NCBI GenBank assembly: GCA_951406725.2
Contig: OX597815.1
Span: 90,892,001 to 90,956,000 of the forward strand
DNA length: 64,000 nucleotides
Direction of reading: 5' to 3'
DNA from: Octopus vulgaris
Taxonomy: Eukaryota
The number at the start of each line of letters is the position of its first letter. Positions within the stretch are counted from its first letter, which is position 1. The position numbers were made by a program, and so were the translations under genes. Below are positions 28,640 through 42,668 of this stretch, piece by piece. Below the pieces are notes generated by a model. The model saw nothing but the letters and a program-made list of their open reading frames with translations, ran no database searches and had not been told where the DNA came from.

Positions 28640-30627
28640 TGCCTACCCGCTGGCTTGTATGGGGGCCTAGCTTGCTTCTCAACTCAAATAAGGTCACACC
28701 ATCGACTAACGTTCAACATTGGGACACTTCAATTAACTCTCGGGATGGACAGCATTACTCGGAGCATCACCGCTCCTTTCAACATCACGTAGAGTGTTTA
28801 CCACAATTTCCGATCAGTGATTCCCGCTCTAGAAAGGATCAGCCACGAGTTGAACTCGTCTATGTGGGAGAATTTGAACGTCAACTACAGCGCAGAGGGC
28901 TTTGCAACCTCCGTCTCCTACGTACGTTCACCCCCTCACCAGATACAGGTATCCTCTAAAGAAGATGTCCGGATCGTCGCTGCCGATGCTTCTGCCTTCC
29001 ATTCACACCAGCCTCCCCCCCCACTTCCACCCCCATCCTATCACCATCAGGTCTAAGCTTCGCCAGCTTGAAAGATTGACGAGACTGAATGTGATCGACG
29101 TTTACCCAGCACTGTTCTTGTTAAGAAACAGCTTCGTCACACCAAAGTTATAGTATACCCTCTACACTGCCCCTTGCTACTGTCACGTATCTTTCCTTAC
29201 GGATCTCGACGCTTGTATCTACAGGCCTCTGAAGAGATATGCAACATTCGGTTCGACGACACTGGATGGCAACAGGCCACCTTACACATCAAATATGGCA
29301 GCTTCGGCCCTCGATCTCCGATCTCACTGGCTCTGCTGGCTTTCCTCTCGCCAGTGACCTCTTGCTATACCCTCGTCAATAGGATTCTCCACACTGAATC
29401 AAGTTTGATCGGGGAGCGCAAGGTGTCCTACACGACATAGAGCCAGCTCAGCCTGTGCCCTGCTGGCGTTTATCTCCCTATCATTTCTGTGGACGTCCGA
29501 TCCTCTCAGAATGAAATGGGCCACCATCCAGTGACCATTATTGTCTAGCAGGTTTCCGTTCATCCCGGGAACCTCACAACCGCTCAGCCCGGGAACTTGA
29601 GCTTGGCTCAATGCGGTAGCATTAAACGTCAACTACGACGCAGAGAACATTGCAGCTTCCGTCTGAGACGTACATACACTACTTCACCAGGTACAGTAAC
29701 CTCGAAAGAGAACTCCGGATCCTCGCTGCCGATCTTTCCGCCTTCCATTCGCACCAACTTCTCCCCACCCACATCCCATCACCATTAGGTCTAAGCTTCG
29801 CCAGCTTAAAAGATTAACGAGACTGAATGTGATTGACGTTCACGCAGCACCGTTCTTGTTAAGAAACAACTTCGCCATACCAAAGTTATTGTATATCCTC
29901 TACACTGCCACTTGTTACTGTCACGTATCTTTCCTTACGGATCTCGACTCCTGTATCCAACGGGTTTCTGCGTATCCAACGACTGTCTGCATATCGGTGT
30001 TTCCCGGATACTTAGCTTCCAGATCTGTGTGTCTTACGAGTGTCACTGCGAATCCAGTGTAAATCCTTTCGGCCTCTACACATTGTCACGCTATCAAAGT
30101 GATCGTTGCTTTCCACGCCATGTCATCCATAACAGAATCATAAAATATAGCCTAGACGACGCAGTTCTCCGTTCCCGGCTCAAGCCAGCGGGGCTAGATC
30201 GAGGAGAAGCTAAAAAGGCCTGATGGCATGACAATTTTTCCGTCACTTGGCGGTAGATTCCTCATCTGGGATGCCAAATGCTGTGACACCTCCGCTACTC
30301 GTCAGGTTGAGAAAAGCACGCTGGCTAAATATCGGTCGCTCTGTCACAGGTTTATAGTCGAGCTTGTGGCAGTGGAGACAGACCTTCGACGTTGTCAGGC
30401 CCCGGGCCATATCTCTGCTTATCGCTATCGGAACGTAAATAGCTATCCGCAAGTGTGAGACCCGTGAGTCAGGTCGGCTATTCCAGCGCATCTCCTTCGC
30501 CATACTCCGGTGCAACACCTTTTCCATTTTACCTGCTGAGATCATGGGGTGGTCTGAATTACAGGACATCGAGAGAGTATCTTACTACACTAACTTATCT
30601 ATCTATCTATCTATCTACCTATCTATA
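28640..30627 (+). mobile_element. Decayed CRE-like RLE-type non-LTR retrotransposon with internal duplication and (ATCT)n tail
   Basis: Motifs ALFLLRNSF..PKL, WQQATLHIKYGSFGPRS..LALLAFLS, RLKPAGLDRGEAKK/PDGMTIFP..GGRFLIWDAKCCDT and WLFQRISFAILRCN. The (ATCT)n tail is at 30597-30627. Confidence 0.75.
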
Positions 30628-31041
30628 CCAGGAAAGTACATTAACTAAAAAAAATAATTAAATTGAACATTAATTACATCATCCGATACATCTTTGGAGT
30701 TGAGAGTTGATATTTGAACTGCTGAAACTGAAACAGATGGTGTTTCTCTTAATTTTAGTTGTGCTGCTATAATTTCGGCGCGTATAATTCATTTCCTGGT
30801 ACATTGAAAAAGTTCTCTACGATAACTTTAATAATGAAATAAAGGTTGTATGCATTTTCCGCATCTTAAGTAAATCTCATAAGAAATTTGCTAGATGTAA
30901 CCTTATCAAATTTAAATATAAAAATGAAACGATGTTTTGCGACATTCATACTTACCTCAAAAGAAAAAAAAGCTCCAATATAGCCGTTGACTGCACTAGT
31001 CTGATGTCATTTTTATATATTTCTTCATTTATATGTATCTG

Positions 31042-31103
<62 letters not shown>

Positions 31104-32095
31104 TATCCCCATTGTCCAAGAGTCTGGTGTTATGTTTGTCTTTCACCTCTCTTTCATTTCAACCCCCACTCTTTTTCTCTCTCTATTTCTCTATACATCA
31201 CTCTCTGTATAAATATCTCTGTTACTCTCTCTTTCAAATATATATTCACATCAAAACGTAATAGTCTGTTGCTTTGGTAATAAGGCAACTAACTTAATTG
31301 AATATCAGAAAATCCTTCTGATCAACCAGAATAGCTCCGATATATAAACATACCACAAAACAACAAAGAAAGCAATAAAAAAGCTATTTAAAAATCTGAA
31401 ATAAATGGATGAATAACAAGATAATTACTAAATTTGATTGCTTAGTTCATAGGGCAAAGGTCTTTGAGGGTTCATAGATGTCTTCAATGTGCAGGAAGTG
31501 AGTAGTATTACAAGATACTAAATCAAACTAGTTTGATATTTCGGTTAATGGCTATTCTATTATATCAAAAGCATCAGAATCCCAACAAATGCTTGAAGCT
31601 GTTTCCATTTTCGATCATTTCCACTAAATATTAACATCAAACATAACTAATCCTCATAGCCATAGTTTATCTGTCTGTTTTTTTAATGTCGTAATATCGC
31701 TTATGCGATATGAATTAATTTATCAACTGATGGCTGGTAACGTTATACTTGACAACATTCTGCACACGTGTATCTATATTTTGAAAGTGTTCTGTCCCAA
31801 AGGGAGCTAAACTTTTGACTTAATTGACACAGTCAAATAAAAGAGAGAGTTTACGGTAACTAACTTTCCTTAATTCTGGTTTTAAATGCTGATCAATACT
31901 AGAGGTATCAATAATTTCCTAAACTAAAGAATTTCTAAAGTATTTTTAATCTGAGAATAGTGACTATTCACATATAGAGACGTACTACACATGTAAACGT
32001 ATAAAGATTCATTCATACATACTCACATACATGCACATGCTTACATACATACGCACACACACACACACATGTATACACATACATGCGTATATGTA

Positions 32096-32308
32096 AGAAG
32101 AGGTGCTGAAAAGTTCTTGTCTTTAAAGGTGTCGCGAAAGGCTGGTTAGAGGCTCAACCTCCGGGTTTCTTATAGAAGGCTTAGAGAAGTTGAAGGACCG
32201 CTGAAATAAGTGTGTGAATCTGAGAGGGAAATATGGATAAAATCATAACTAATTCAACCTTCTGTATTCTCTTTTACCCAAAACTAGGAACTTTTCAGCA
32301 CGCTCTCG
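32096..32308 (+). mobile_element. Mariner deletion derivative (MITE)
   Basis: Imperfect TIRs gaggtgctgaaaagttcttg / ctaggaacttttcagcacgctc. The interior encodes the mariner C-terminus GLEKLKDR*NKCVNLRGKY. Confidence 0.78.
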
Positions 32309-32564
32309 TGTACACACACACGTGTGTGTGTATTTAACTAAACCTGCTAACTACTAACAAACACACAAATTGATGATAGAAAACTGATGCTGATGATAGT
32401 ACAACACATATCAACGCCATTATCATTATCATGAGCAAAATAATGTTTAGGATCATTCTCATCTCCATCACCTCCTCAATAGTAATACCCGCACAAATGT
32501 TGATCATTTACGCAATTATAAATGTGTGTGTATGTGTGCCCGCTCGCATATGGGAGGGTGTGTA

Positions 32565-33841
32565 CACAGACATGCAGGAAGTAAATAGACACCTTTAATT
32601 TTCAAAATCTTTTATTTAATACGCAAAGCGAACAATTGAAATGTAATCAATAGGTAGGACTACATACTTTAGTATTTAGTTGACATTCCTTTTGCAGTTT
32701 TTAATTCAAGAACTCTTTTTGACATTGAACTGACGAGCTTTGTGATTGTCTCTTGTGGAATTTCTGCCCACTTTTCACGCAACAATCGAGACAATTCATC
32801 TTTAGATTTAAGTTTTTGTCGAGTTTTTCGTATAGCTCTATCTAGCATGCGCCAAAGATTTTCAATTGGCTTCATGTCAGGAGATTCGTTCAGGCAAGGG
32901 AGCTTTTTGATCATATTTTCGGTCAGCCATTGTTGATTCCTTTTCTCTGTGTGGCATGGAGCCCCATCTTCCATGAATAAAATTTCATTTTTCGTTATGT
33001 TATCGAGTGAATAGATCGGAAGTAGTCCTTGCTTAAATGTTTCGATGTATTTTTCAGAGTTTATGGTTCCAACACATTCGATCAGCTCAGAATGACCATT
33101 GCTGGTGACAGCTCCCCATACCATTACAGAGATACCGCCATGTTTCACAGTTGGCTGGAGTAGTTTCAAATCAAATTCTTGATTGGGAATTCTCCAGACC
33201 CAAACACGTTCATTGTCTGAAAATAATACAAATCTGGATTCATCTGAGAAAATCACTCTATCCCAAAATGAACTGGATTTTTCTGACATCTCCATAGCCC
33301 ATTTCTTTCTTTTCATGATTTTAATTGGTTGAAGAAGAGGTTTTCTTCTAACTGTTTGTCCATAATACCCAAGCTTATGCAGATATGTAACACACATTCT
33401 TGGACTAATTCCTAGCTGTTTTGCAATGTCAGAAGCCTTCGAACGGGGTTCTTTTTCCACAATTCTCTTCAAACAGCGAAGCCTCCTTTCCGAGGGCTCA
33501 GGTCGGCCGGGACGAGAATCTGTTGATTCTTTACCTTGTCTTTTGAATTGCACTATAATTCTACTAACAGTAGCAAGAGGAATTTGAAGATTTTGGGCAT
33601 TTTTTCGCTGGCCAAGACCAGCCTCTGATTGCCCAACAATACGACCTCTTTGAAAATCTGACAGTTCTGCAGACTTTTTTGTGTGCGGCATAATTACTCT
33701 TCGCAAATGTTTAATATAATCGCACCTGGAATGAAAAAGAATAATTACATCATAAATTCTACACCGCTGAAAACATATTAAGACGCTTAGATCAGAAACT
33801 TTGAAGATTAAAGGTGTCTATTTACTTCCTGCATGTCTGTG
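32565..33841 (-). mobile_element. Full-length Tc1-family DNA transposon (1277 bp)
   Basis: Perfect 35-bp TIRs CACAGACATGCAGGAAGTAAATAGACACCTTTAAT, TA target duplication at 32563-64 and 33842-43, and a minus-strand AATAAA at 32611-16. Confidence 0.96.
32669..33691 (-). CDS. Tc1-like DD34E transposase, 340 aa from ATG (MPHTKK..)
   Basis: Uninterrupted ORF with N-terminal HTH region, RPGRP, RRKPLL, FSDESRF, HGGISVMVWG, MEDGAPCH and SPDMKPIENLW. There are 34 residues between the second D and E. Confidence 0.93.
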   Translation of the reverse strand: MPHTKKSAELSDFQRGRIVGQSEAGLGQRKNAQNLQIPLATVSRIIVQFKRQGKESTDSRPGRPEPSERRLRCLKRIVEKEPRSKASDIAKQLGISPRMCVTYLHKLGYYGQTVRRKPLLQPIKIMKRKKWAMEMSEKSSSFWDRVIFSDESRFVLFSDNERVWVWRIPNQEFDLKLLQPTVKHGGISVMVWGAVTSNGHSELIECVGTINSEKYIETFKQGLLPIYSLDNITKNEILFMEDGAPCHTEKRNQQWLTENMIKKLPCLNESPDMKPIENLWRMLDRAIRKTRQKLKSKDELSRLLREKWAEIPQETITKLVSSMSKRVLELKTAKGMSTKY

Positions 33842-33865
33842 TATATATATAAATATATATATTAT

Positions 33866-34021
33866 CTTTTATTTTAATCTTTTACTTGTTTCAATCATCA
33901 GACTAAGGCCATACTGGGGCACCGCCTTGAGGAATTCTCGTCGAATGAATTGACTCCAGAACATCTTTTTAAGCCTGATAATTACTCCGTCGCTAATTTT
34001 ACTGAACCACTAGGTTACGGG
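33866..34021 (-). mobile_element. SINE family B 3' half (inverted relative to copy at 34915-35088)
   Basis: tcttttacttgtttcaatcat..ggccatactggggcaccgcc..gttacggg is the reverse complement of the family B tail. Confidence 0.7.
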
Positions 34022-34133
34022 AAGAGGCGGTACAAGAGAAATCACGAGAAGAAGTTAGATACAAAGAGTGGAAGGAAAAAGAAAAGAAACAAAATTAGAC
34101 TAGTGTATCCTTTCCTGTGAAACCATAATTAAA

Positions 34134-34790
34134 CTAGGTGTTGCAGAATAATTCAACACAGAAGGGTCCAAAATTTGTGAGGCATCTGTTCAATCCGTAG
34201 ATGGTGGTTTCCACCAGTTCTGCAAAAGAAATTTGTCCATATACTTTGCATTTGCTGGAAATTTCGGATCTGGAGTTCAATAGTACAGTGGGATTCTTAG
34301 GTCTAATAGGAATGTGCGATCTTTCAGTTATGCATATTTTGCATTTCTTTAATCCATTAACATATGACACTGATTTGTCTACGATTATCCACTTGATTAT
34401 ATGGGGTATGCAGTTGGTCTTCAGACCCCATACGTGGCAAGCCAGCATAGTGGCTTTAGTTCTGTCGATGTGCCAGAAAGAAGAAAAGTGGTTTACATAA
34501 CGTATTTTGAAACCGCCTTTGCATAACCCACTGTAATCATTCTTTTCGTTTACGTCATCTTGAAGCATTGCTGTGACTTCTGCCTCATATACGACAGAGT
34601 TTATCATATAGAGGTGGTTAAATGGGTAAGTTTTAGGGAGTGGGCTTTTGGTGATGCTTACAAGTGATAATGTTTTTCATACTAGGACAGCAGCAATGTA
34701 ACATTTTAATCGAGTGTCTTTTAAAAAGTCTTCCTTTATTTAGGGCATATTATGAAATGCTTATCGAAAAAAGACCAGAATTTATTGTCT
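34134..34790 (-). mobile_element. Penelope-like GIY-YIG endonuclease remnant (different PLE lineage from 4100-6375)
   Basis: ORF 34134-34607 reads SVVYEAEV..YSGLCKGGFKIRYVNH.SSF..T.L..HVW.LK..IKW.IV..CKIC.TE..LLNSRSEISSKC. Confidence 0.75.
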
Positions 34791-34855
34791 ACATTAAAAC
34801 TATATACACGCACATACATATATAAATACATACATACATATATATATATATAGAC

Positions 34856-34914
<59 letters not shown>

Positions 34915-34917
<3 letters not shown>

Positions 34918-35088
34918 GTTGGAGTGTTCACGTCCTCGTAACTTAGCGGCTCGGAAAAAGTGACCGATAGAATAGGTCCTAGGCTTATAGAGCATAAATC
35001 CTGGAGTCGATTTGCTCGACCAAAGGCAGTGCTCCAACATGGCCGCAGTCAAATGACTGAAACAAGTAAGAGAAGAAAAAAAAGAATA
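34915..35088 (+). mobile_element. SINE family B 3' half
   Basis: gtaacttagcggctcgg..gatagaata..ggagtcgatttgctcgac..catggccgcagtcaaatgactgaaacaagtaagag. Confidence 0.8.
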
Positions 35089-38000
35089 CAAACATATATA
35101 CATACATACTTACATTCATACACACACACACACACATATATATATATGCTTGTGGTGTACGACAGTGTATATCTGCCCCAACATATATGAAATCACTAAT
35201 AATTCTGCGTTCAAGTAATAGCTGCAAATGACACATTATCTTTCTGCACAGGTTTATCATAATCCTTGTGAATTTGAGCTCACCTAGGTCTAGGTATTAA
35301 CAGAAATTCTTTACGCAAATATGGAGGTTAAACTTTACTTTCACCTCAAGCTATCTGATGTTGAGAATTCGGCAGAAGTATTGATGGTTCATGTTACATA
35401 ACCTGTCACTCATCAAATATATGAAGATAAAATTTATATCAAAATAATTTGACAAGAATTTTGATGCACTTCATAGCGAAATATTTTAACGCTAAATTAG
35501 GTGTTACTTTTTTGCGATGTTTACATCTTAGAATCATTTATACTTTAAACATGTCTCTGTTTCTCCATCAACTAAAATGCAGACGCATAAATAAGACTTT
35601 CGGAAAGAATAGTAAAGTCAATGCTTCACTGATAAAGTCATTATTTAAGCCAGAAACATATGCAGAATTGTTCGCTGCACTAGCTGAAGTAATAAAACTA
35701 TTAATCATTGTTTTTCTTTATACCATCATTATTTCTAGTGAAATTGTTAATCTCTTTGTATGAAATACGCCAACACTAACCTGACTAAATACGTAGTATT
35801 GTGTAATAACCGAGTAGACTAACCATAATTCACGTATTAGAAGTGATATTTGAAACAGCAAACTGGAGAAACAATTATGGCCTCATTGATCGATTCCCAT
35901 AACCCTTTATAGATAAAGAATTATTTATCCATTGATTTATTATCATTTATTTTATGAAGACAGAAAAACATAAGAAGTACTGTTGCCGTTTATTTGAATA
36001 CTTTTATATATGTTGGTACCACCAAGACAGCCGACACTCAATAAGCTCAGCACACTATTTCTCTTCTCTTATGTTTTAAAGTAACTATGTACACGTTTGA
36101 TACCGTCACCATGAGTATTAATGACAAAAGATAGTTGTATGAAATACTTTCAGAAGGTATTATAAGTTAGAAAAATATTCATTTCCACTGTCTTAAATAA
36201 TGTAGAATTGTTTCTAAAGAAAAACTTTTCCCATCATCACATGTTTCAAAGTTATGGTATATATTTCAACCTTGTAAAGCACTTTTTTGTTGAAAACATG
36301 GAAAATAACTATATTTTATAATATACAAAATCGGCACATAAGATGGAGTGTTTTATCTGCCCGCATATAATTTCAATTTATATGGATATTTCTGAGACAT
36401 CACACTGGTATGTATTCTCCAATTACGTTTAATGGCTTCTTTTATTGCCCATTATATTTTTCAAATGTTTCTGTTCATCTGAAGGAAAGAGCTAATAGAA
36501 ATAGAAATTGTTTAACAAGAAAGACAATATAATGAAATCACCAACCCCATTATTGAATATCTGAAATTTGGTAATTCATAATGAACGAAATTCCACTGAC
36601 TTTCTTTTAAATACTTTCTTTTGTTTTCAAGGATTGTGTTCCTGTATAAGATATCGTCATTTGTTTTCAATTTCCTATTATATCACTTGCTAACTCTGAG
36701 AGCATACAACCTTTCATTTTCTACCATCTGAAGTGACGTTGTAATGCGCTCATCTATTGGTTCAATGGTGCTGCAGAATTGATGGAACGCTACATTTCAA
36801 GGCAAATCTATTCCTTCTACATAAAAACCTTTTGTTGTTAATGTTAACCTTTACGCAAATTGTAACTTAAATGTCAATGTTGAATACCTCAGAAAAGCAG
36901 GTTTAACATTTGTTTTACAATGTGTGACTGTTTACTTGATATTGTTTTGTCTTTATCCGTTTTTTTTTAATTGCACCTTTATGCCATATTGTTCTAGAAG
37001 AGATCGATTTTCGCCTGAGAATTCCATCCCTTCACACTGAAAGCGTAATGCAAGGACGTTAAGGGAAATGGAACAATATATAAGGTTTCAAAGCTATTTA
37101 TCTGAAAAATATCAAATGAAAAAAGATGAAAGAGAGAAAGAGGGTAATACAGAAAAAGATCAAGTATATACATGAAGTTTGATGCAGATGTGAATGCGAA
37201 TATTTGTGCGTATATTTCTTTTTTTTTTTTTTTGTAGCCTTTAGTAGAAAAAATACATTGCTATTGGGATTACGAATTTTCTGAAAAAACTAGTGGAAAC
37301 CAGGAGCTAGAGTTCTCTTACTATATTTTTAGAAAAAACAAATATTGTAGAATAGACTAAACTAATAAGGGATTACATTTACTATTATATTCACCTTTTA
37401 ATTCTGGGGTATCATTGATATAACAGATGAAGCAAAAATATATTCAACCATATATTCTCAGAAAAGTTAGAGCCTGTCGAAAGAGCAATGTACTTCATCC
37501 GGCTACTGGCATTACTCCCTGATCATAATTAAGCAACAGAACAGATACGTCTCATCACTTATAGTGGGTCACCACGAAATGATATGTCTCGTTGACACAT
37601 GTTCCACTAGTATATATTCTCCCAAGATATAACCGAAAGAAGTGCTGATTTATACGTTTCCCATGTGCATAACTTACTATACCATCATAATTTCCAAATC
37701 TAACTTACGAAAATCAAAAATGGTGCATTTTTACCTAGTAAATAAAATGCAAAATTTTCAATATTGAAATCAGATATATTTACTATATAACCATTGAAAC
37801 TTCAGTGACTCCGGGAAATATTCTCTAGTTGGAATCTAGGTAATGGACTGACAGACGGATTCGCACGAATATTGTGGGTTGCAGTATGGATGATAATTCA
37901 CGGGCACACTAAATTATACGCTAAAATACCCAGAAACGTAATAACATATGCATACATACTTTTATGTGTGTGTGTGTGTGTGTGTGTAGTCAAATCGAAT

Positions 38001-38200
38001 AAGCGAACATTAAAAATAACAATAACAAAACAAGAAGCGGACGTGCACATGAAATGTATTAGTTTGACGCTCGGTAAAGGTGGAAAAAAGAGAGGATTTT
38101 TGACGTTTCAAACATACTTCTTTGTCAGAAAGGAAAACGGAAACGTCCAGAGAAGGAAAAAATATCCCATACATACATATATGCGTGTGTGTGTGTGTAT

Positions 38201-38231
<31 letters not shown>

Positions 38232-38429
38232 ATGTGTGTGTGCGCGTGTGTTGGTGTGTGTGGTTGTGTGTGTGTGTCTTTGTAAGAGAAACGAACTTGG
38301 GCATTGAAATGGTACTCCTTTATGTCAACAGTTTTACGCTTCAATATTCACGCTATAGTTGCATTGTCGCATGTTGGGAACATTAATCATTTGTATGTGT
38401 GAGTGTGTGTGTGTGTGAGTGAATGTATG

Positions 38430-41400
38430 TTCACTCCTGTTTTTAATTATCTATATTCTTCCTCTGAGGAAGGAGCTGATTTCTAACAAAAAGTCAATGC
38501 TCCATCGTTGGGCGGTTGATAACAAAATCAATATCACATTTTAAACCTGTGAAATGTCTTGCATATTTTTACAGATTGTATTTGTAATATGTGAGTTAGT
38601 TGGCTGATTTCATTTTCTGATAACCCTGGGTTATCCAAATTGTCAGTTGGACATTTACTCACAAAGCCAAGTGCACCGATTATTATTGGTATGAATGTGA
38701 ATTTATTACCTGGATATAGAAGCTGGAGGTTTCGAAGTAGTTTTCTATGGCTATCTTCTTTCTCGTTGATTTTCAAAGTGATATTCAGATTAGCAAGACA
38801 GCTACGCAACACAGCGGTACATACCTTTTCCATTTTGTCCCAAACAACAATATCCGGCCTGTTAAGTTTACATTTGACAGATTTTTTATGGGAATGTTCC
38901 AGCAGTATTCCTTATGTTAATGTTTGTGTATGTATTCAATAAAATATATATGTTATACGTGTTCCAGGACAGTCTTTTTTTCCTAATAACATTATATATA
39001 TCGTTCTTGCAACAACGTCGTTTCTGGGATAACATTTTGGGGCAGGACAGCTGCTAATCATACGTGTGATATCTTCCACAGAAATATGACAAAATCTACA
39101 TTTTCAGTTGCATCGTGGAGCTCCAAATGATTCATTGTCTGTTTTGCTTATTATGTATTTCTTTGCAGTTTCCTGTTTTGGGGTTGCAAATGCATATCTT
39201 TCGATATGTGTTGCAAAAGTGGTCACGAGTTCAAGAGAAACTTTGCTTCATGTCAATATTACTGTCTTCTTCACGTCTTCGGGAAACATATACATTGTCT
39301 TTTTTGTTGTTTTTTTGGGTTTTTTTTTTTTTTTTGGTATGCTGAGTTTTTCACATTCAGGTCTTCTTTGATGTATGTTAGTGTAGCTGCTTTTGTATTG
39401 TACGCAAGTTCATCAAGAGAATTCTTCTTTAGGAGCTCACTGCCGACACATAGAATATTATTCTCTTCCCTTTTCAGCACTAAGTTAATGTATTTGTTTT
39501 TACTTATATCGTTTAGGAAGTGCTATCTGAGGGAGACTATACGACATTCGAGGTTTGCCTCAAGCCTCTACCTACTTTATCTCTTCTTAGGTAGAGCCAA
39601 TTGATATCACTTTTTCTGAGGAGAATTCCAGTTGGTGTTAGTATTTTGCGGGTTTTAACGTTTATGGAGTGGATTTCTTCTACAGACCAGTCAAGTTTTC
39701 CGAATGTTGAAATCAGCTCTGGTACAGCAAACGCATTGTGGGATATTGTTCAATTGTAAGAGAAGAGTTCCTACTGCCATATTTTTCTAAGTCTGGTATG
39801 ATATTCTCGGGTCACTCTAACTTTATTAAATTATATATGTTTTCATTAATGTCTAGTTACCTGGAGTTATTCTTTGTATCGGACAGGAAAAATGGTGAGA
39901 TCATTCAAGCACAGGTTTTGAGCCTGGGAACTGAATTTCCCCGTTTACGAATCAAATATGATCCTTTTGGGGGGCCAAATTCCATTCCTGAGTCAGCTGA
40001 AAATGTTAATAATTCCGGATGCTTTTTGGCTTTGTTAATATCCTTAGCATAAATATTGAGATCATCCACAAGGAGATTATGGGTTACATTAATATCTCTA
40101 GCAGCTGTAACCCCTAAAATGTCACCGTTTGATTTTTGTAGCAGGACTGATAATGGATTTAATTCCCAAATGAGCAGGGTTACCCAAATCTCTATGGAAT
40201 ATTCCCTTCGAAATGTTCATAACATTGGAGACGATCATTCAGCTCGCAGTTCTAAGTGTAAAAATTGCTGCCCAGATCTTTGTGAACCTCTAAATGCCAG
40301 GAATTAACGCAGCAGATAATTTTGCCAAATGAAGATACTTCAGAGGTTATGAGTAGGATATAGACTCAAATGCCTTTCTATAACCAAGCCATGTTGTTGC
40401 AAGTCTCTTACAATGCTTTTTATTTTACTTCAAAAAGTACATTTATGTTTTTAAAAAGTTATTCGGCACATCCCCACGCTCTTTTCTTTTCACCGGTCTG
40501 TTCATCATCTACAATGATCTTGAACTCACAATGATCCTGGAGGAATTGGTTGAGACATCTTGTGTACCGTCTGTACATAAGGTTTAGGCAAACAATGCAT
40601 TGATGGTTTCATACTTGGCTACAAGAATTGTGCGTTCTATAGCAAGCCAATTTGGTCTGTCAATCTGAGATTTCGTAGTACTTCTCAATATGCATGTTAG
40701 TGATTTCCTGTAAAATATCAACCTCTTGTAGTTGTAGCACTATCCAACTATTAGATCCATTACAGCTATCTTCCATTAGGCAGTATACTATTAGGTCCCT
40801 TACGTTATGCAGTTTACCTCCGGCAATGGTGAATGTCTCCCGGTTAATTGCATATATGTTTTACTGCTGATATAGGTACATTATTCTTTCCTTATTACAT
40901 TTAGCCACAATGCATTAAGGTTGTAATTCTTCTTTTCGTTCCAGGCTTTCAACTAGAAAGTTTCAACATCTTCTTGAAAGTGGAGGTGGGACTTAACGGT
41001 AATATTCTCCTTCCTCGTCTTACTGTATAATGTTTGTTGGCAAGAAGGAAGCATGATTTATACAGACTCGTTCAAAAATTCGCCTGCGGTAGCGAAAATT
41101 TTCGCACTGCGCCATGAGTTCGTGTTTTAGAGTAATTAACATTCTCTTGAGAGCTTGGTGTGACGAGTCAGTATAACGTTTTGTTAATTTATTCGTAAGA
41201 TATAATTGATGAGGTGTAAATTCATTATTCCTCTTATTATGGTTAACCGTCCAATATGGTGACGCAGATTATTATTTTCTTCATGTACTTTTTTATACTG
41301 CAGATTTCTCCTAGGTGTTCTTTAAGAGTGACAGTAGTTGTGTATGTGAGAGTATTAATATTCCAGTAATTAACATCTCATGATTCACTAACTTTCAAAG

Positions 41401-42120
41401 TTAGAGTTGTTGGATTTTTTCTTAATCTTGTTAAGAACGGTCTGTTGCTTATTGAAATTTCCAAACAAGTAAAAAAAGCTTTCTACGAACTGCAGTTTCA
41501 GGATGTTTCTAAGCTGAATATATTCCAGAGTTGTCTCTGCTGATTCGGCTATATTTGGAGATCACGAGAATTTAGTGGTGGCGGGAGTGGTTTGTTTACA
41601 TTATTTTCGATCTCTTTTCTGGCAGGTTTTGGCCAGTTCTCAGTGTTTTGAGAAGATCGATTTAATCACGAGAGTAACCCATTATTTAAAAGAAAGATTC
41701 TTATTGCCAAAAATGTTTCACAGTAAAGGTGTTTCAGTTGGGGTGTGCTTCGCTCCAGAAGTTTTTTAACCGCTTCATATACCCGATAGAAGGGTCTTCA
41801 CCGGATTCTTCACAGCATCGATGCAGATTTTGGTTTAGGTGTAATGAAAGGAGATAGCTTACTGGTCCTTTAGTGCTGTTTTCGTCAGTAGTATTGTTCT
41901 TAATTTCAGCAAAATTCCACTTGTTATAAGGTATATTTTTTTTTAATTCGGTCTGAAGAGCGCTACGTTGTTAAGTAAAAAATTTTTTCTTATATATAAT
42001 TGGAGAACTAAACCAGTCACTCATTTAGGCTGGAGGGGTCGGCGTAAATTTAAAAGAAAAGGTTAAAAAAGAAACATGATCAGCTGATAGGACAAGATAG
42101 GCAAGGCTGCTGGAGAACTC
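38430..42120 (-). mobile_element. Decayed R4/Dong-like non-LTR retrotransposon (RT + CCHC + RLE endonuclease)
   Basis: Minus strand reads TWLGYRKAFES (~40380), THNLLVDDLNIYAKD (~40060), CRFCHISVEDITRMISSCP (~39070), NRPDIVVWDK (~38850) and IPIIIGALG. Confidence 0.85.
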
Positions 42121-42465
42121 GCGCTTAATCGGAAAGACTTTCATTGTAGTTTCATCGATGCGCTACAGGTGTACGATACATGACGACGACTACAACGAAA
42201 TACTAGTTTCAAATTTTGGCACAAAAACAGCAATTTCATGTAGAGGGTAAGTCGATTACATCGACTTTACTGCTCAACTGGTATTTATTTTATCACCCCT
42301 GACAGAACTTATTGGTGGACGAAATGCCGCTAAGCATTAGGCCCATCGTGCTAATTATACCGTCAGCTTGTTACCTTAAGACGAAATATTGACATGATGC
42401 TATTTTGAAGGTATTACAACATATTTATGATGACATAGTAGAATATCAATATTTACCTGCTTTAA

Positions 42466-42668
42466 GGCGGCGAGCTGGCAGAAAGGTTAAGCACGCCGGG
42501 CGAAATGCTTAGTGGTATTTCGTCTGTCTTTACGTTCTGAGTTCAAATTCCGCCGAGACCGACTTTGTCTGTCATCCTTTCGGGATCACCAGTTCCGTAC
42601 TTGAGTCGATCTAATCGACTAGCCCCCTCCCCCAAAAATTTCGTGCCTTGGGGCTTAGAGTAGGAAAT
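42466..42668 (+). mobile_element. SINE family C with 16-bp TSD (duplicated at ~44742-44940); inverted family C copy at 42204-42378
   Basis: ggcggcgagctggcagaa..gagttcaaattccgccgag. The TSD AATATTTACCTGCTTT lies at 42448-63 and 42669-84. Confidence 0.85.

Noticed and set aside
36725-36830. TGACGT, ATTGG and CATAAAA as a Pol II promoter
   Set aside because: Short motifs are expected by chance, and no downstream gene is identifiable.
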